Assembly (NCBI RefSeq): GCF_006345805.1
Contig: NC_042997.1
Span: forward strand, 174,778,001 to 174,842,000
Origin: Octopus sinensis
Lineage: Eukaryota
DNA length: 64,000 nt
Direction: 5' to 3'
Translations under genes and position numbers: made by a program
Notes under the pieces: model-generated
Told to the model about the DNA's origin: nothing
Seen by the model: the letters and a program-made list of their open reading frames with translations, nothing else
The model's database searches: none
Shown here: positions 12,174 to 26,026 of the stretch, piece after piece
Layout of the letters: every line of letters begins with the position of its first letter
Position numbering within the stretch: the stretch's first letter is position 1

Positions 12174-12176
<3 letters not shown>
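10977..12176 (+). mobile_element. Mariner (Tc1/mariner) DNA transposon, decayed
   Basis: ~33-bp imperfect TIRs (TTAGGTTGACCGGAAAGTTCTGGGCGTTTTTAA and TTACGTTGTCCAGAAAGTTCTGAGCGTTTTTAA) flanked by TA dinucleotides. Confidence 0.92.
11157..12073 (+). pseudogene. Mariner transposase pseudogene (stops, frameshifts, internal deletion)
   Basis: Fragments TVRRWFAKFK...SRSGRS (HTH region), WIPHNL (WVPHEL motif), VTRSEKW (VTGDEKW), LFQQDNIRSH (LHDNARPH), and a YSPDLAPSDY-like segment at ~11940-11980. Confidence 0.88.
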
Positions 12177-12219
<43 letters not shown>

Positions 12220-14325
12220 CAGAGAGTAAGAGAGAGGTGGTGAACTTCCTTAATACAAAATCAATACAGAAATGTAATTTCGTTTTCACTTTTGTGTTTT
12301 CTGAGTACTGTTTTATATAATTTTAAGGTTATAAATAATTTTTCTGTTTAAAATTGATATTCATTTCATCATTCAGTATGGGTACCAAGGAACATGACGA
12401 AAGGCAAATTATGATTATCCTATGTATTCCATATTTCCTGATCAACTGGTATTTGTGCAATGAACACAGGAAATGTTTCTTTTCGACAGAAACTGAAGAC
12501 ACAAATGATCTTAGAAGCAAATATTTATCGGGAAAGACCATAATATAGTAATTACACCTATACTTTTACTATCATATGAAATCTATCTACGATCTCGTGA
12601 AACGACTCTCAGTTTCTAAGGGGGGAAGAGAGCTAGGGGGTTAAAATGCAAATAGTAGTACAAAATGTGACTAGAGAAGAGTAGCCAGGAGTTATGACCT
12701 GGATGCAGTGCGGTACCTTGCGCAAGTGTCTTTTACTATGGCCCCCAGGTTTACCAATGCCTTGTAAGAGAATTTGGTTGGTGGCAACCATGTGGAAGCT
12801 CACCCATATCAATATCTAACCAAAGCCGATTTCTTCTAGAAAAGAGAAGCGGAAGCACACAGAAGGGGAGATGAGGAAAGAGGAAAATGGACCCCAGTAA
12901 TGAACTGGCTCCTTATTTGTCCATCCTGAAATTATGACTGGTAAAATAGACTACAGTAGGATTTGAACTCAGTGGGTAGAGAACCAGAACACTCTAACTG
13001 CAATGTATGCATGTGAATGTTCGCACGTGAGTCTGTGTGTATGTGTTTGTATTTGTATATGGGTATAGTTATTTAACGAGTCTGCCTTCCTTGAATAGAT
13101 CTCTGATGAAAGATGTTCTTGTTGTGACTATCATGTATATTTAAATGTGAAATCTTTAAACTACTATCAACTTCTGGGTAGTGATGAGTCAAAAGCTCTA
13201 CAGTCCATGGTGCAAGCAATCGAACAGTGTTCCAAATGGCTCTAATCAAGAAAGAATGGAAATTAACTCTAGAAGGCATAGCTTGACCAACGTTCAACCA
13301 GTGTTGGCGACCATAAGTGGTTACACTATTGAAAGTACGTTGGCATTATGGTATCTAATTACCCAGGTAAAGGTTAAAACACAAACAGTCGCACAAAATG
13401 TGGCTGGAGAAGGGTAGCCAAGAGTCATGATCTGTATGTATGTATGTATGTAAGTACGTATGTATCTATGTATGTGTGTATGCATGTATGTATGTATGTA
13501 TGTATGTATGTATGTATGTATGTATGTGTGTGTATGTGGGTGTGTATACATATATATACACACACATACTCCTTCTACTCCTCCTCTTCCTTCACCGTTT
13601 ATTCGATTCTTTCTCTCTCACTCTGTGTGTGTGTGTGTGTGTGTATCGATGAATATTTGATATATCATGCATATATCCAATGCGGGGGTGTATTTATGTG
13701 AGTATAGTGAGTGTATGTGTATTGTGCATGTGTGAGTGTGTGTGTATGAGTGTGTTTATGTGTGTGTTGATATTGATGATGATGATTATGATGATGACGA
13801 TGCTTATGCTTATGATGATGATGATGATTACTATGCTTATACTTATGATGATGATGGTGATGATAATGATGATGAGAGAAGTAGGAGGAGGAGAAGCGGT
13901 AGGGATGGAAAGAGGGAGGAAGAGAAGGAGAAACAGATGCTTAAACGAAACGAATTGAAGCGTTCTAATTAGGTCGCGCAATTGCTGAGGTAAGTAGATA
14001 TCATCGGAATACTCATATACAACACAAACATACATAAACACAGACACAAACACACACACAAACGCACACACAAAACATGCGCACATACATGCACAAAGTT
14101 ACATATAAAGTTACATACACACACACATCATACGCAAAGTTACATATAAATCAAGATTCACTACTATATATACTTGCACATATAAAATATACAACTCTCT
14201 CCTACTTTCACTCCCTCTCACTCTTTTTCTCCCTCTCTCTCTCTCTCTCTCTCTCACTCTCTCTCTTTCCGTCAGTATTACACACACATGCACAAACACA
14301 CACACATGCACACACACATATTCGT

Positions 14326-14496
14326 TTATTCTTTTTTTTACTTGCTTCAGTCATTTGACTGCAGCCATGCTGGAGCACCGCCTTTAGTCAAACTTATTCT
14401 ATCGGGCTCTTTTGCCGAACCACTAAGTTACAGGGACGTAAACACGCCAAATTCGGTTGACAAGAAATGGTAGGGGACAAACACAGACACAAATAC

Positions 14497-14527
<31 letters not shown>

Positions 14528-14552
14528 CATACATACATACAAACATACATAA

Positions 14553-14650
<98 letters not shown>

Positions 14651-14733
14651 ATGTATGTATATACAATGGTCTTCTCTCAGTTTCCACTCACAAGGCTTTG
14701 GTCAGTCCGAGGCTATAGTAGAAGACACTTGAC
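14326..14733 (-). mobile_element. SINE family D, head truncated, expanded central microsatellite
   Basis: Tail reverse complement TTACTTGCTTCAGTCATTTGACTGCAGCCATGCTGGAGCACC; CORE-like AGGCTATAGTAGAAGACACTTG. Confidence 0.8.
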
Positions 14734-14989
14734 CATGAAGAGTTGACAAAAGAAAATCGATAACCGCGATAAGAAATCAATATGCTTTTTTGTATGCAAT
14801 TACCCATAGAATTAATATTTTATGCTGTAACTTTTACAGAATTCTTCCGATTTTGATGAAATTTGACATTTAGGTAAAGTTTATGGTCGGAGTCATGTAG
14901 TAAAATTAAAATTAAACTGGTGAAAGGCAGAAATTGTCAATATTCACTCAAAATAAAATAATGAACTGATTTTGAAGAAAACTGACCCA

Positions 14990-15500
14990 TGAGTAAAATT
15001 AAGCACTTCGACATATGAAACAGCGATTATTCATATAATGTATTGGGATTTAAAAGTCAATGGGATGTTTTCATGTAAATGGTCATATGGATTCTATTTT
15101 ATGACATAGCCTTAACGCTTTTCTTTGGATTTTGCTGAGATTAGACACGCTAATCAATTTTGTACAGAGGGTGGCTTCATGAATGATGGTCTCGGACATG
15201 CAAGCTCCATTTAGCGGGAACAAATTTTTATCCCTGATGAACAGTTGGTTTCATTTTGTGGTTTCTGTGTGTTTTGTGCGATTATATTTTTAAAATTAGT
15301 AGTTGAGCTAAAACTGATTTTTAAGTTATGTCTTTCAAAGAGATTTCTGTAACTATGATATATTGGAAAATATCTATCTATAAGTGCTAAAAAATACTTC
15401 GGGGGAGTAAGGGGGTCTTGAGTGACACTTTTATGAGAGTGGCACTTTTGGTTGTGCAATATAAACCTGTATAGTCTTACACCCTGCATGAATGGAAGAG
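14990..15500 (-). pseudogene. Penelope-like retroelement fragment (linker and GIY-YIG region)
   Basis: Minus-strand FLALIDRYFPIYHSYRNLFERHNLKISFSSTTNFKNIIAQN matches the PLE motif FLxLIDKHFP...FNRNxxKISYSCxxN, followed by a CPLNGxC...IIHEA-like segment. Confidence 0.65.
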
Positions 15501-15790
15501 AAACTCAAGAGCTTTTCTTAGCGGCATACACCGTCTACCCCATTGTTATTTAATGGCTCTTCATTATCATGTGTCAATGCATATGTATACATACATACAT
15601 ACTCACATACACACATACGTACGTACTTACATACATGTATACATATATACATACATACATACACATAAACTTTCCAGAAGTTTATCATTTAAGTATATAT
15701 GAGCATATCTAGATATGTACGTATGTGCTTGAGAGGACATACATAAACCAAGACATACAGATCTGCACGTATAATATACATACATATAAA

Positions 15791-15903
15791 ATACCCCATT
15801 GGTGATATTGAAATTCCAATGAAGTAGCCTTGAATCTAGGTTAGAAACTGGTTCTTTCTCTATTGTCTGGAAATCTTGAAATAAAACTGAATAATGACAT
15901 ACA
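15791..15903 (+). mobile_element. Unclassified interspersed repeat fragment (also at ~20580-20755 minus and ~36225-36300 plus)
   Basis: Shared motif CTAGGTTAGAAAC(T/C)GG..CTTTCTCTATT...AAATCTTGAA.TAAAA at three loci. Confidence 0.55.
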
Positions 15904-15923
15904 TACACACATATACATATATA

Positions 15924-16111
15924 GGTGTAGGAGTGGCTGTGTCGTAAGTAGCTTGCTTACCAACCACATGGTTCAGGGTTCAGTCCCACTGCGTGGTACC
16001 TTGGGCAAGTGTCTTCTACTATAGCCTCGGGCCGACCAAAGCCTTGTGAGTGGATTTCGTAGACGGAAACTGAAAGAAGCCCGTCGTATGTATATATATA
16101 TATGTGTGCGT

Positions 16112-16158
<47 letters not shown>

Positions 16159-16350
16159 TGTCCCCCCCCAACATCGCTTGACAACCGACACTGGTGTGTT
16201 TACGTCCCGTAACTTAGCAGTTCGGCAAAAGAGAACGATAGAATAAGTATTAGGCTTACAAAGAATAAGTCCTGGGGTCGATTTGCTCGACTAAAGGCGG
16301 TGCTCCAGCATGGCTACAACCAATTGACTGAAACAAGTAAAAGAGTAAAA
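15924..16350 (+). mobile_element. SINE family D, full length
   Basis: GGTGTAGGAGTGGCTGTGTCGTAAGTAGCTTGCTTACCAACC...GGTTCAGTCCC...ACCTTGGGCAAGTGTC, central (TG)n, tail ending GAAACAAGTAAAAGAG. Confidence 0.9.
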
Positions 16351-16774
16351 CAGTATATGCATACATACATACATATATAAATAGTCTATTGCATGGCTTT
16401 GAATGTTAAGTGTGAGCTATTGCACCGTTTCTTGGTGGGCTTTTATTATTTGGACACTGTGTCCACTATATACGTACAGATTTTTGCAACGCGATATCTT
16501 AAGTCGAGCTTTGAAAAATATACGTATGTATGTATCTGTGTGTACGTATATTTACATCCTCCTATACATACAACCATACATGTATGTATATATGTATGGA
16601 TGGATGGATGGATGGGTGGGTGGGTGCATGTATGTATATTCCCTCACATCACATACACATGGCAAAATGAAGACGTTTATACGTTATAAAGCCATTCATG
16701 CAATGTCTATGACTACGTCAGAGTATGAAATAAAAAGAAAGAAAAAAGATGTAAAAGAAAAGAATAACAACAAC

Positions 16775-16828
<54 letters not shown>

Positions 16829-17236
16829 CGGAAGAAGAAGGATAAGGAATATATTTGATGTCTGATCAAGCGTAAGAATATCTAAATGAATGCCTCCTTT
16901 CTCCCCCTCCCTCTCTCTCTCTCTCTCTCTCTTACACACCCCCAGACACAGATTTTCTCGTTATATCTTCCGCACTCTATCTATCTCTCCATCTATTTGT
17001 GTTTGTCACTCTATCTCCCTCACACTCACTCTCTTTATTTCCCCTCCTCTCCCTCCCCCTACTATTTTCCACCCCCATCCTCTACTTGAGAACATTTGGA
17101 TAATATCTCTATGCAGCAGCAATGGCGACTATGAATTTCATGTATGTTGTCGTCTATGTCAGTATATTTATGAATCAGTAAGTGTGTGTGTGTGTCTATA
17201 TGCATATATGTGTGTGAGTGTGTGTGTATTTGTGTG

Positions 17237-17267
<31 letters not shown>

Positions 17268-17998
17268 TTGTAAGTGTGTGTATTTGTGTGTGTGTATGTG
17301 TGTGTTTGTGTATTTGTGAGTGTGTGTGTGTTTGTGTATTTGTGAGTGTGTGTGTGTTTGTGAGTGTGTGTATGTGGGAGCATGTATGTCTGTGTAAGTA
17401 TACGTGTGTGTGTGTGTGTTCATAGACTACAACGCATGCGCGTCGCATTTTTCTATACGCGTTGAAATAATGTCACACATATGCATATATGCAACCCTAC
17501 ATAAACACACACAATATACGGGCGCGGGCTCTTGTGAGAGTGTATTCGTGTGCATGCAAGTGTATACACACATACACACACACGCACACACAAACACACA
17601 CACACACCTACACATATACACTTACACACATATGCACACATATAAGTAGGTAATTTGTGGGTGCGCCTGAGAGTGACACAGACACATCTGTGCAAGACGG
17701 AAAGACGGGTGGGAAAGAAATGAAACGAAAGGGATATCAGAAGAGCAGTTTGGAAGAAAGACGTGTAAAGGCAGAAAATAGTCGGCGATGCGTGTGGGCG
17801 GTGATTTTGTCGCTAATAAATAGCTTTAATGGTATTCACTACTCATTTAACGGGTCACTATCTAAACATGGTGTTTCGTGGGTGACGAAGTGAGGCGGAG
17901 CCCTGACAAACACTGGAGGTTAGGTGATGGTGTTTTATGGCCTGAATCACTGGCCCGTGCATTCTTTTTCTTTGTTTTCTTAGTTTCCAGATTTTTAT

Positions 17999-18084
<86 letters not shown>

Positions 18085-18635
18085 TGTCAGAGGCTATTGA
18101 TTACAGTTTTTGTTTTTGCTGTCGTTCATGGAGTCGTCATTATTATTGCCGTTCATTTTGTAGACGCCATTGCTGCCGTTGGTCGATGACAGTAAAATAA
18201 ATAAAATTGATAAATATATAAATATATAAATAAATAAATGAATAAATAAATGAGTACTTCAAAAGATGGTGATCAAACGAAAGTGAAGACAATAACAGGA
18301 AGAACGAGCAGTGTTAACAACGTTGGGTAATGATGACAATGTTGTCTGGGAGACTGCGGACTATGATGAGAACGGTGATGACGATGATTTAGTTGGAAAT
18401 CAGAAACAGGAGAATGAAAATAAAGAAGTAAAGAAGCACCTATAAAGATGCATGTACAATCACACGAAGCCTTGTAGCCAATTACGTTTACATGCACGAA
18501 TGTATGCGTGCGGTTATAATGTATATAGGTATATACATCAGTGTATCAATATATATATATATAGAGAGAGAGAGAAAAGGACGGGGTGGGAGAATATTAG
18601 TGTATACATATGTTTTATTACTTTAAATATATATA

Positions 18636-18677
<42 letters not shown>

Positions 18678-18789
18678 CGTTTTGGGATTTGGTTTGCAAG
18701 ATTCTTATATGAGTTCGTGTGTTGAAGCATATTCTGTTGTGTTAAATAATAAGGCACTAAAAGAGAATGACTCTCCCCAGACACAACAG

Positions 18790-18855
<66 letters not shown>

Positions 18856-18912
18856 TGTGTATGTATGTGTGTGTGTGTGTATGCATGATATATATATATA
18901 TATATAATATAT

Positions 18913-18986
<74 letters not shown>

Positions 18987-19129
18987 CATGTATGTATGTA
19001 TATATATATATACATACACACACACATACACACACATCATTTTTTGTTTTATTTGTTTCATTTATTAGATTGCGGTCATGCTGGGGCTCTACCATGATTT
19101 TTTTTCTTTGTCGGATGAAACGACTCCAC

Positions 19130-19457
19130 TACTTCATTTTAAAGCTTGATAGTTATTCTATCGTGTCCTTTTGCCGAACTGTTAAGTTACGGGGACACAC
19201 CAACACCGGTGATGGTAAACACACCAACACTGGTGATGGGGGAGATAAACACAAACACAAAGTGACATACACACATGTATACACACACACGCACATATAT
19301 ATATATACGACGGGCTTCTTTCAGTTTCCGTCTACCAAATACACTCACAAGGCTTTTGTCTGCGAGAGGCTATAGTAGAAGATACTTGTCCAATGTATCA
19401 TGCAATGGAACTGAACCCGGAGCCACGCAATTGGGAAGCAAACATCTTACCTTAGCC
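19130..19457 (-). mobile_element. SINE family D
   Basis: Same head and tail motifs in reverse complement. Confidence 0.75.
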
Positions 19458-19480
19458 TATATGTATGTGTTTGTGTGTGT

Positions 19481-19735
<255 letters not shown>

Positions 19736-19878
19736 TCATAGGCTTTAATTACAAATTACATTTGTTTATGTGCCGTGGTACAAAGATTTAAGATGCTGAG
19801 TTTTAAGATTATGTTAAAAATAACTTTCAAAGCAACGGCAAAATACGAACCAGTCACAATAACTGACATAATGAAGTT

Positions 19879-20263
19879 GGCGAGCTGGCAGAAACGTCAG
19901 CACGCCGGGCGAAATGCTTAGCGCTATTTCGTCTGCGCTACGTTCTGAGTTCAAATTCCGCCGAGGTCATCCTTTTTGTGGTCGATTAAATAAGTACCAG
20001 TTACGCACTGGGGTCGATATAATCGACTTAATCCGTTTGCCTGTCCTTGTTTGTCCTCTCTGTGCTCAGCCCCTTGTGGGTAGTAAAGAAATAGGTATTT
20101 CGTCTGTCTTTACGTTCTCAGTTGAAATTCCGACGAGGTCGACTTTGCTTGTCATCTTTTCGGGATCGATAAATTAAGTACCAGTTGCGTACTGGGGTCA
20201 ATCTAATCGACTGGCCCCCTCCCCCAAAATTTCAAGCCTTGTGCCTAGAGTAGAAAAGAATAA
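19879..20263 (+). mobile_element. SINE family A, two units plus tail
   Basis: Head GGCGAGCTGGCAGAAACGTCAGC, second unit from ~20096, tail ...AAGCCTTGTGCCTAGAGTAGAAAAGAATA. Confidence 0.8.
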
Positions 20264-20334
20264 TTGATGTAATGAAATATAGCACATAATGAGTTAATAG
20301 AATGAAAGTCCTCAATAACTATATATATGTGTGG

Positions 20335-20448
20335 TGTTGTGAAGGTGCGTGGCTCAGTGGCTAGAGCGTAGAGCTTACGATCGTAAGGTTGTGAGTTCGA
20401 ATCCCGGACCGGGCTGCTTGTTGTGTTCTTGAGCAAGACACTTTATTG
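20335..20448 (+). mobile_element. tRNA-derived SINE family B, head only
   Basis: GTGGCTCAGTGGCTAGAGCG (A box)...GTGAGTTCGAATCCCGG (B box), then CTTGAGCAAGACACTTTATT. Continues into SINE body, so not a tRNA gene. Confidence 0.75.
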
Positions 20449-20764
20449 CTTATTTGTGTATGTCTCCCCATGCTTATAATTTGCTTATCTAGACATTCTC
20501 ATATATACTTAAATGATAAAATTCTGGAACGTTTTACAAATTTTTACAGTTCCAGTGTTGTCTTGGATCCATAGTCTTCGAACCAGCTTTGTCGTTTCTG
20601 GTTTTGAGTAGCCTAATTTCTCAAGATTGGTATTCAGGAAGTGCGTATATATGTCATGTAATTTTACTTCAAGATTTTTAGCCAATAGAGTAAAAGCCAG
20701 TTTCTAACCTAGATCCAAAGCCCCTTCATTGGAATTTCAACATTAACAACGGAGTAATTTTGCA

Positions 20765-21015
20765 TGGATGTATGTATGTACGTTTGCATGCATGTATGTA
20801 TGTATGTATGTATGTATGTATTATGTATGTATGTATGTATGTATGTATGTATGTATTTATGTATGTATGTATGTATGTATGTATTTATGTATGTATGTAT
20901 GTATGTATGTATGTATGTATGTATTTATGTATGTATGTATACGTGTAGATTTGTATGTTTTGCTTTGTGTGTATGTATGTATGTATGTATGTATGTAGAT
21001 ATGTATGTATGTATG
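20765..21015. repeat. (TATG)n array
   Basis: Direct reading. Confidence 0.95.
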
Positions 21016-21860
21016 AATGGTTGTATGAAGAGAGACAGACACAGGGTCAGACATTGATGTGTTTGTAGTACGAAGAACGAACAAATATAGTAAACAAAAA
21101 CAAAATGAAATAAACATGGCATCAATGAACTAAAACTATTTTATTTTCAATTTTCTCGTTCTACTGCAACAATATTTATGAAATATTAAAACAATGTGAC
21201 ACTAGAACAGAAAAATATAATAACAGAAATAACAGAAATATTTTAAGACAAATTTTATTCTCTGACTGAAATTGTTTGGAACAAAGTTTATATGTTAGAA
21301 GTTTCAGAAGTGTTAAATTTGAAAAGAAAATGTAATTAGAAACACAAGAATTTTGAAATAGCTTCACGACTACTTTGGGATTTAACCAAAAATTCACAGA
21401 CACTAAATTTTGGAAAGAAATGCTCTTATGCTTGTTATGTTTTGAAAATATATTTTTCGTTTCTTTGGGGTTTTTTCCTGACTCATTCGATATTTATATT
21501 GTGTTTCCAATTCAAAATTTAACACATGTTTACTTACATACACACTTATATAAAAACTTTATTCAAATATGTATATATTTATGTATGTATTTGTTTGTGT
21601 ATGTGTGTTTGTGTGTTCATTAGTTAGGTTTGATGATACTTTAAAGTTTGTTATACGTGAAGTATATTACCACTCTTTATCGTTGTCACAATGTTTCTGT
21701 CTGCCTTTCATTTTCTCTCACCCTCTTATCCTCTCATTATTATCTAAAAGGTGGAAGCGGATTGAAAGAGTCTGGTCGATATACTCATAAAACATAAAAT
21801 AGATACCTTTATCTAATTGTCTAATTGTTACATTATACATACATACGTACATGCTATGAC

Positions 21861-23318
21861 TAAAGCCAGAATAACAAAACAGTACTCTTGTAGACACTGA
21901 AAAATAAAGAACTCAGAGCTGTCTGCATTTAACAAGACCATATCTCACAATGCATTTCAGTGCTAGTACCAACATTTGGGGTATTGGACTGGACACTTGA
22001 CGAGACCTGCAGCCTAGACATCAAAACCTGCAACGTACTCACCACCTCTGGGCAACTCCCACATTAACAGCGACACCGATAGAATCTATGTGAGACGAAG
22101 TGATGGTGGCAGAGGCGTAAGGTTAGTCCAAACAGCCTTTGAATATCCTATTGCATCACTCAGATGACACCTTCTGAAAAGTATATAAAGAAATATGTAC
22201 ATTCTATGCATGCTCAAAACTGAAAGCAACAATATCTTCAGGGCTACTGTGCAGGTACCCTGAGAATACAACTGTCTCATGCGATCCTAGGGAAGCTGGA
22301 CTGGCCTACCAAAACAGAACCATGGGAGAGAAGCTGGCATCATACCAGCAAATAGTAATGCAGAGGTACGTATTCTGTAAGCTAGAGGATAACAATTACA
22401 TTGACAAGAAGAGTAGCCTCTCCTGGACTCGTGATATACATATTACATCCCACTCAAGCATATGCCTTCCCTATCTAGGAACAGGGGATAACTACTAATT
22501 ACCTGCTAAACAAGAGGGACAAAAATACTACAAAATCTCCATGTAGCGATAGAAAATGTCGGTTCTACTATAACTGTGTGCAAGGTATAACCCACATTAT
22601 CAGCAGCTGCCCCAAAATGACTATGAGATGCTACCTGCCCTTGAGACATGATATTTTAACAAAGACTATTTACAACGCTGTCTTCAGGAAGGATTGTCCT
22701 GACGTATACATCAAAGGCATGGCAGAACTAGCATGTATACACAGCTTTAAAAACAAGCAATACTAGAGGAAAACACCAATAAAAATTAAAATTCCATGTA
22801 AATATAACAGACTTGATATTATTCTGTGCAACAGGGAACCAAGTTCATACACTATTATAGAGGCCAGCTGCCTAGCGGTTGGGAAAAGAGAACGTTTATG
22901 ATGAATGAATGCAGAACTTACAGCTCTTGTACCCTCGCTATAAATTCTCATTTATACCTATAATCATAGGTGCATTAGACTGTATACCGACAAATTTACA
23001 CAAAAACATAGAAATAGTAGATTTTTCAAAGAAATAGCAAAAGAAACTGCTGCGGTTTCTCCAAATCCGATCTATTAGCGGCACAGAAGAAATGTATTAG
23101 ATATATAAAAGAATCTCTACCCGAGATTCTTTAGATGAATGCATGCACAACTTGGGTGTGTACATCGACAGCTCAATGAATATACCAACTCAGACACGTA
23201 TTTACAGCACTGGGAACCCTCTTAATTCAAATAATCTTGTCGTTTTGTTAGCGACCAGCTAGAACTCTCTTAGGAACATAAGTAAAACTCAAAGAAGAAA
23301 ACATTAATGGATAAATAC
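21861..23318 (+). mobile_element. Decayed 5'-truncated non-LTR retrotransposon with restriction-like endonuclease (R4/Dong-like clade)
   Basis: Broken-frame motifs: SAFNKTISHNA..VLVPTFGVLDW, HINSDTDRIYVRRSDGGRG (RT thumb), KCRFYYNCVQGITHIISSCPK...RHD (CCHC knuckle, ~22557-22640), NRLDII...IIEASC (RLE). Flanked on both sides by (TACA)n-type repeats. Confidence 0.8.
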
Positions 23319-23929
23319 ATGCATACATACGTACGTACATACATACATGTATGCATGCATGCATACATAAATACATACATACATACATACATACATACAT
23401 ACATACATACATACATGCATACATACATACATACATACATACATACATACATACATACATACATACATACATACATACATACATAGAAAACCTTTTGAGC
23501 CGAATTACATATAATAGTATACCTGTCGTTGTTTTCTAGGCAGACTGTACTTCTAAATACCAATATTCAAATTTCTTACTTCTCATATGAGTCAAGTCAT
23601 GAGCAAGTTCAAGATAGGTACCTTCAGTCGCGACCCTATTTCTACCGCTCCTTTCACCACCACTCAGAAAAAATCGCAAGGAATAATAAGTACATGGTCA
23701 GAATTAGATGTGGGTGTTGTCCAAGCCAGAAACTACGGTTTCTTTCAGGATCATTATTGACTATTATCTCTTGTGATACAGTTCCTTTCTATTACAGAAG
23801 CAAAACATCTTAAGCAAGGTATGCAGAAAGATGCAATGGAATAACATTTCTTTGCAGGAAACACGCAAACGAAGCATGTACATGATATGGTCATGGCTAT
23901 TTATCGTCAGTAAAAATAAAATTTTAAAA

Positions 23930-24255
23930 AACCCTCGGTCTCGAATGACTATGGGATTGCACCTTGAAAGTCACCCGCCCCCGAGGCACATATCTGGGCA
24001 AGATTGTTTGTGAAAGACCTGCTGTCGCCCATGCATACCAGTCTCCTCTCTCCACGCCACCGATGTCGTCCAATGGAAAAGATTATACAACTTGACACCA
24101 GCTACGTCGCAACTCATTTATACAGGTGAGTGAACTGGAACAGCATGAAATAAAGTGTCTTGTTCAAGAACACAACACATGGCCCGGTTGGGGAATGGAA
24201 CTCGCAACCTCACGATTGTAATCCCGCTGCTCCAACCACTAAGCCATGCGCTTTC
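23930..24255 (-). mobile_element. SINE family B, full length
   Basis: Minus-strand GCGCATGGCTTAGTGGTTGGAGC...GCGAGTTCCATTCCC...CTTGAACAAGACACTTTATTTC; body shared with 36410-36720. Confidence 0.8.
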
Positions 24256-24553
24256 GTCAGTATAGCAGTATTACATTTATTAAGGTAGACTTCGAAATCA
24301 AAGGAGTACAAAATGAATGCTCTTATTGTGGACTCTATAAACAGCTAACTGAAGACTTTACTTTTCTTGATCCTATACCTCAAATATGAAATAAGCGACA
24401 GATCCTAAAAGGTATTTCTGCAGCCAGGGTACATAATGAAATTACAAGAAGACCAACAAGGAGACAACTGCAGTAATAGAATGGGTAATTGGGACACCTC
24501 GATGCCCTGGAGTTCTACGAGAGGTAGATAGGGATTCATGAGAAATTGGGTTA

Positions 24554-24558
<5 letters not shown>

Positions 24559-24599
<41 letters not shown>

Positions 24600-26026
24600 T
24601 TCGTCCTTCGGTTCGAAGATGACCAACTGACATCATCTGATGGAACTGCCGCCATGAGACCTGAGGTGGCTGGTGAGGCCAATCCGGGCAAGGAAGCCCC
24701 TCCCACAGGTAGGGCAGAAGTGGGTAGGGGCCGTGCTACTGGTGCAGGCGGCTCTGGCTTTACGCATCTGACGTTTCTGCTCCGCTGACCGAATCCGTCC
24801 CTCCTCGGCTGTCCCTGCTCCCACGGTGATTGCGCTGCGCCAGGATGAGCGGTTGGCAGCAAGTGTCTCCCAGGTCTCTGTTCCGATGGAGAAGTCTTTG
24901 AGAGAGACCTTGAGACTATCCTTGTAGCGCTTCTTCTGCCCTCCGACTTTGCGACTGCCCTTGCCGAGTTCACCGTAGAAGAGCTGTTTTGGGATGCGAG
25001 TGTCGGACATGCGGGAGACGTGGCCCGCCCATCTCAGCTGGGCCTTGCGCATGATTGTGATGGTGCTAGGGAGATCTGCCTGCTTCAGAACTTCCGTGTC
25101 TGGGACTTTGTCCTGCCAGCGGATGTGAAGGAGGTTCCGAAGACACCTGAGATGGAAGTGGTTTATCTGGCGCTCGTGCCTTCGGTAAGCAGTCCACGTC
25201 TCGCAGCCGTATAGTAGGGTGGTAAGCACGACTGCCCGGTAGACTTTCAGCTTGGTGTTGAGGCTGATTCCTCTCCGCTCCCAGACTTTCTTTCGCAGTT
25301 TCCCAAACGCGCTGCTTGCCTTGGAGATTCTGTTGATGGTTTCAGCATCTATGTTGGCATTGCAGAAGAGAGTGCTGCCCAGGTAGGTGAAGTTTTCCAC
25401 CACTCGTAGGATCCGTCCGTTCACCCTTATCTGAGGCTCATGGTATTGTTTGCCGGGGGCTGGCTGAAACATCACTTCGGTTTTCTTGGCACTGATGGTG
25501 AGACCGAAGTTGTCACAGGCTGATGAGAACCTGTCCATCTCGAGCTGCATCTCCTGCTCATTGATTGCATTAGGGCGCAGTCGTCAGCAAAGAGAAAGTC
25601 TCTGACGACTGTCTCCCTCACCTTTGTGACAGCCTGCAATCTTCTGGAGTTGAAAAGTTTCCCGTCTGTCCTGTACTTGATGTCGATACCGGACTTGCAG
25701 TCCCTAAAGGCGTCGGACATCATTGCCGAGAACATGATGCTGAACAGTGTTGGGGCCAGGACACAGCCCTGCCTGACTCCGTTGGTCACCTGGAAGGCTT
25801 CAGATGAGTTACCGTCTTCAAGGACTCTGGCTGTCATTCCGTCGTGGAACTGGCGGACAATTGCAATAAATTTGCTGGGGCAACCAAATTTTCCCATGAC
25901 CTTCCATAGTCCCTCCCGACTGACTGTATCAAAGGCCTTGGTGAGGTCAACAAAGGTCATGCAGAGGTCAAGGTGCTGCTCCATGCATTTCTCCTGGAGC
26001 TGGCGGGCGGCGAATATCATGTCAGT
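24559..26026 (-). mobile_element. RTE-clade (BovB-like) LINE, 5'-truncated, young
   Basis: Minus-strand RT coding region; 3' end ...GTCATCTTCGAACCGAAGGACGAAC followed by (ATT)n; TSD GGTTAAATAA at 24549-24558 and 26027-26036. Confidence 0.95.
24633..26026 (-). pseudogene. RTE reverse transcriptase C-terminal half with a single 1-nt frameshift at ~25572
   Basis: [45 protein letters not shown], then (shifted frame) [22 protein letters not shown] and C-terminal CPTCGRGFLARIGLTSH; no internal stops. Confidence 0.92.

Noticed and set aside
20335-20412. tRNA-Arg(ACG)-like sequence
   Set aside because: Continues directly into a SINE body found elsewhere in the window, and the stems are imperfect; it is a SINE head, not a tRNA gene.
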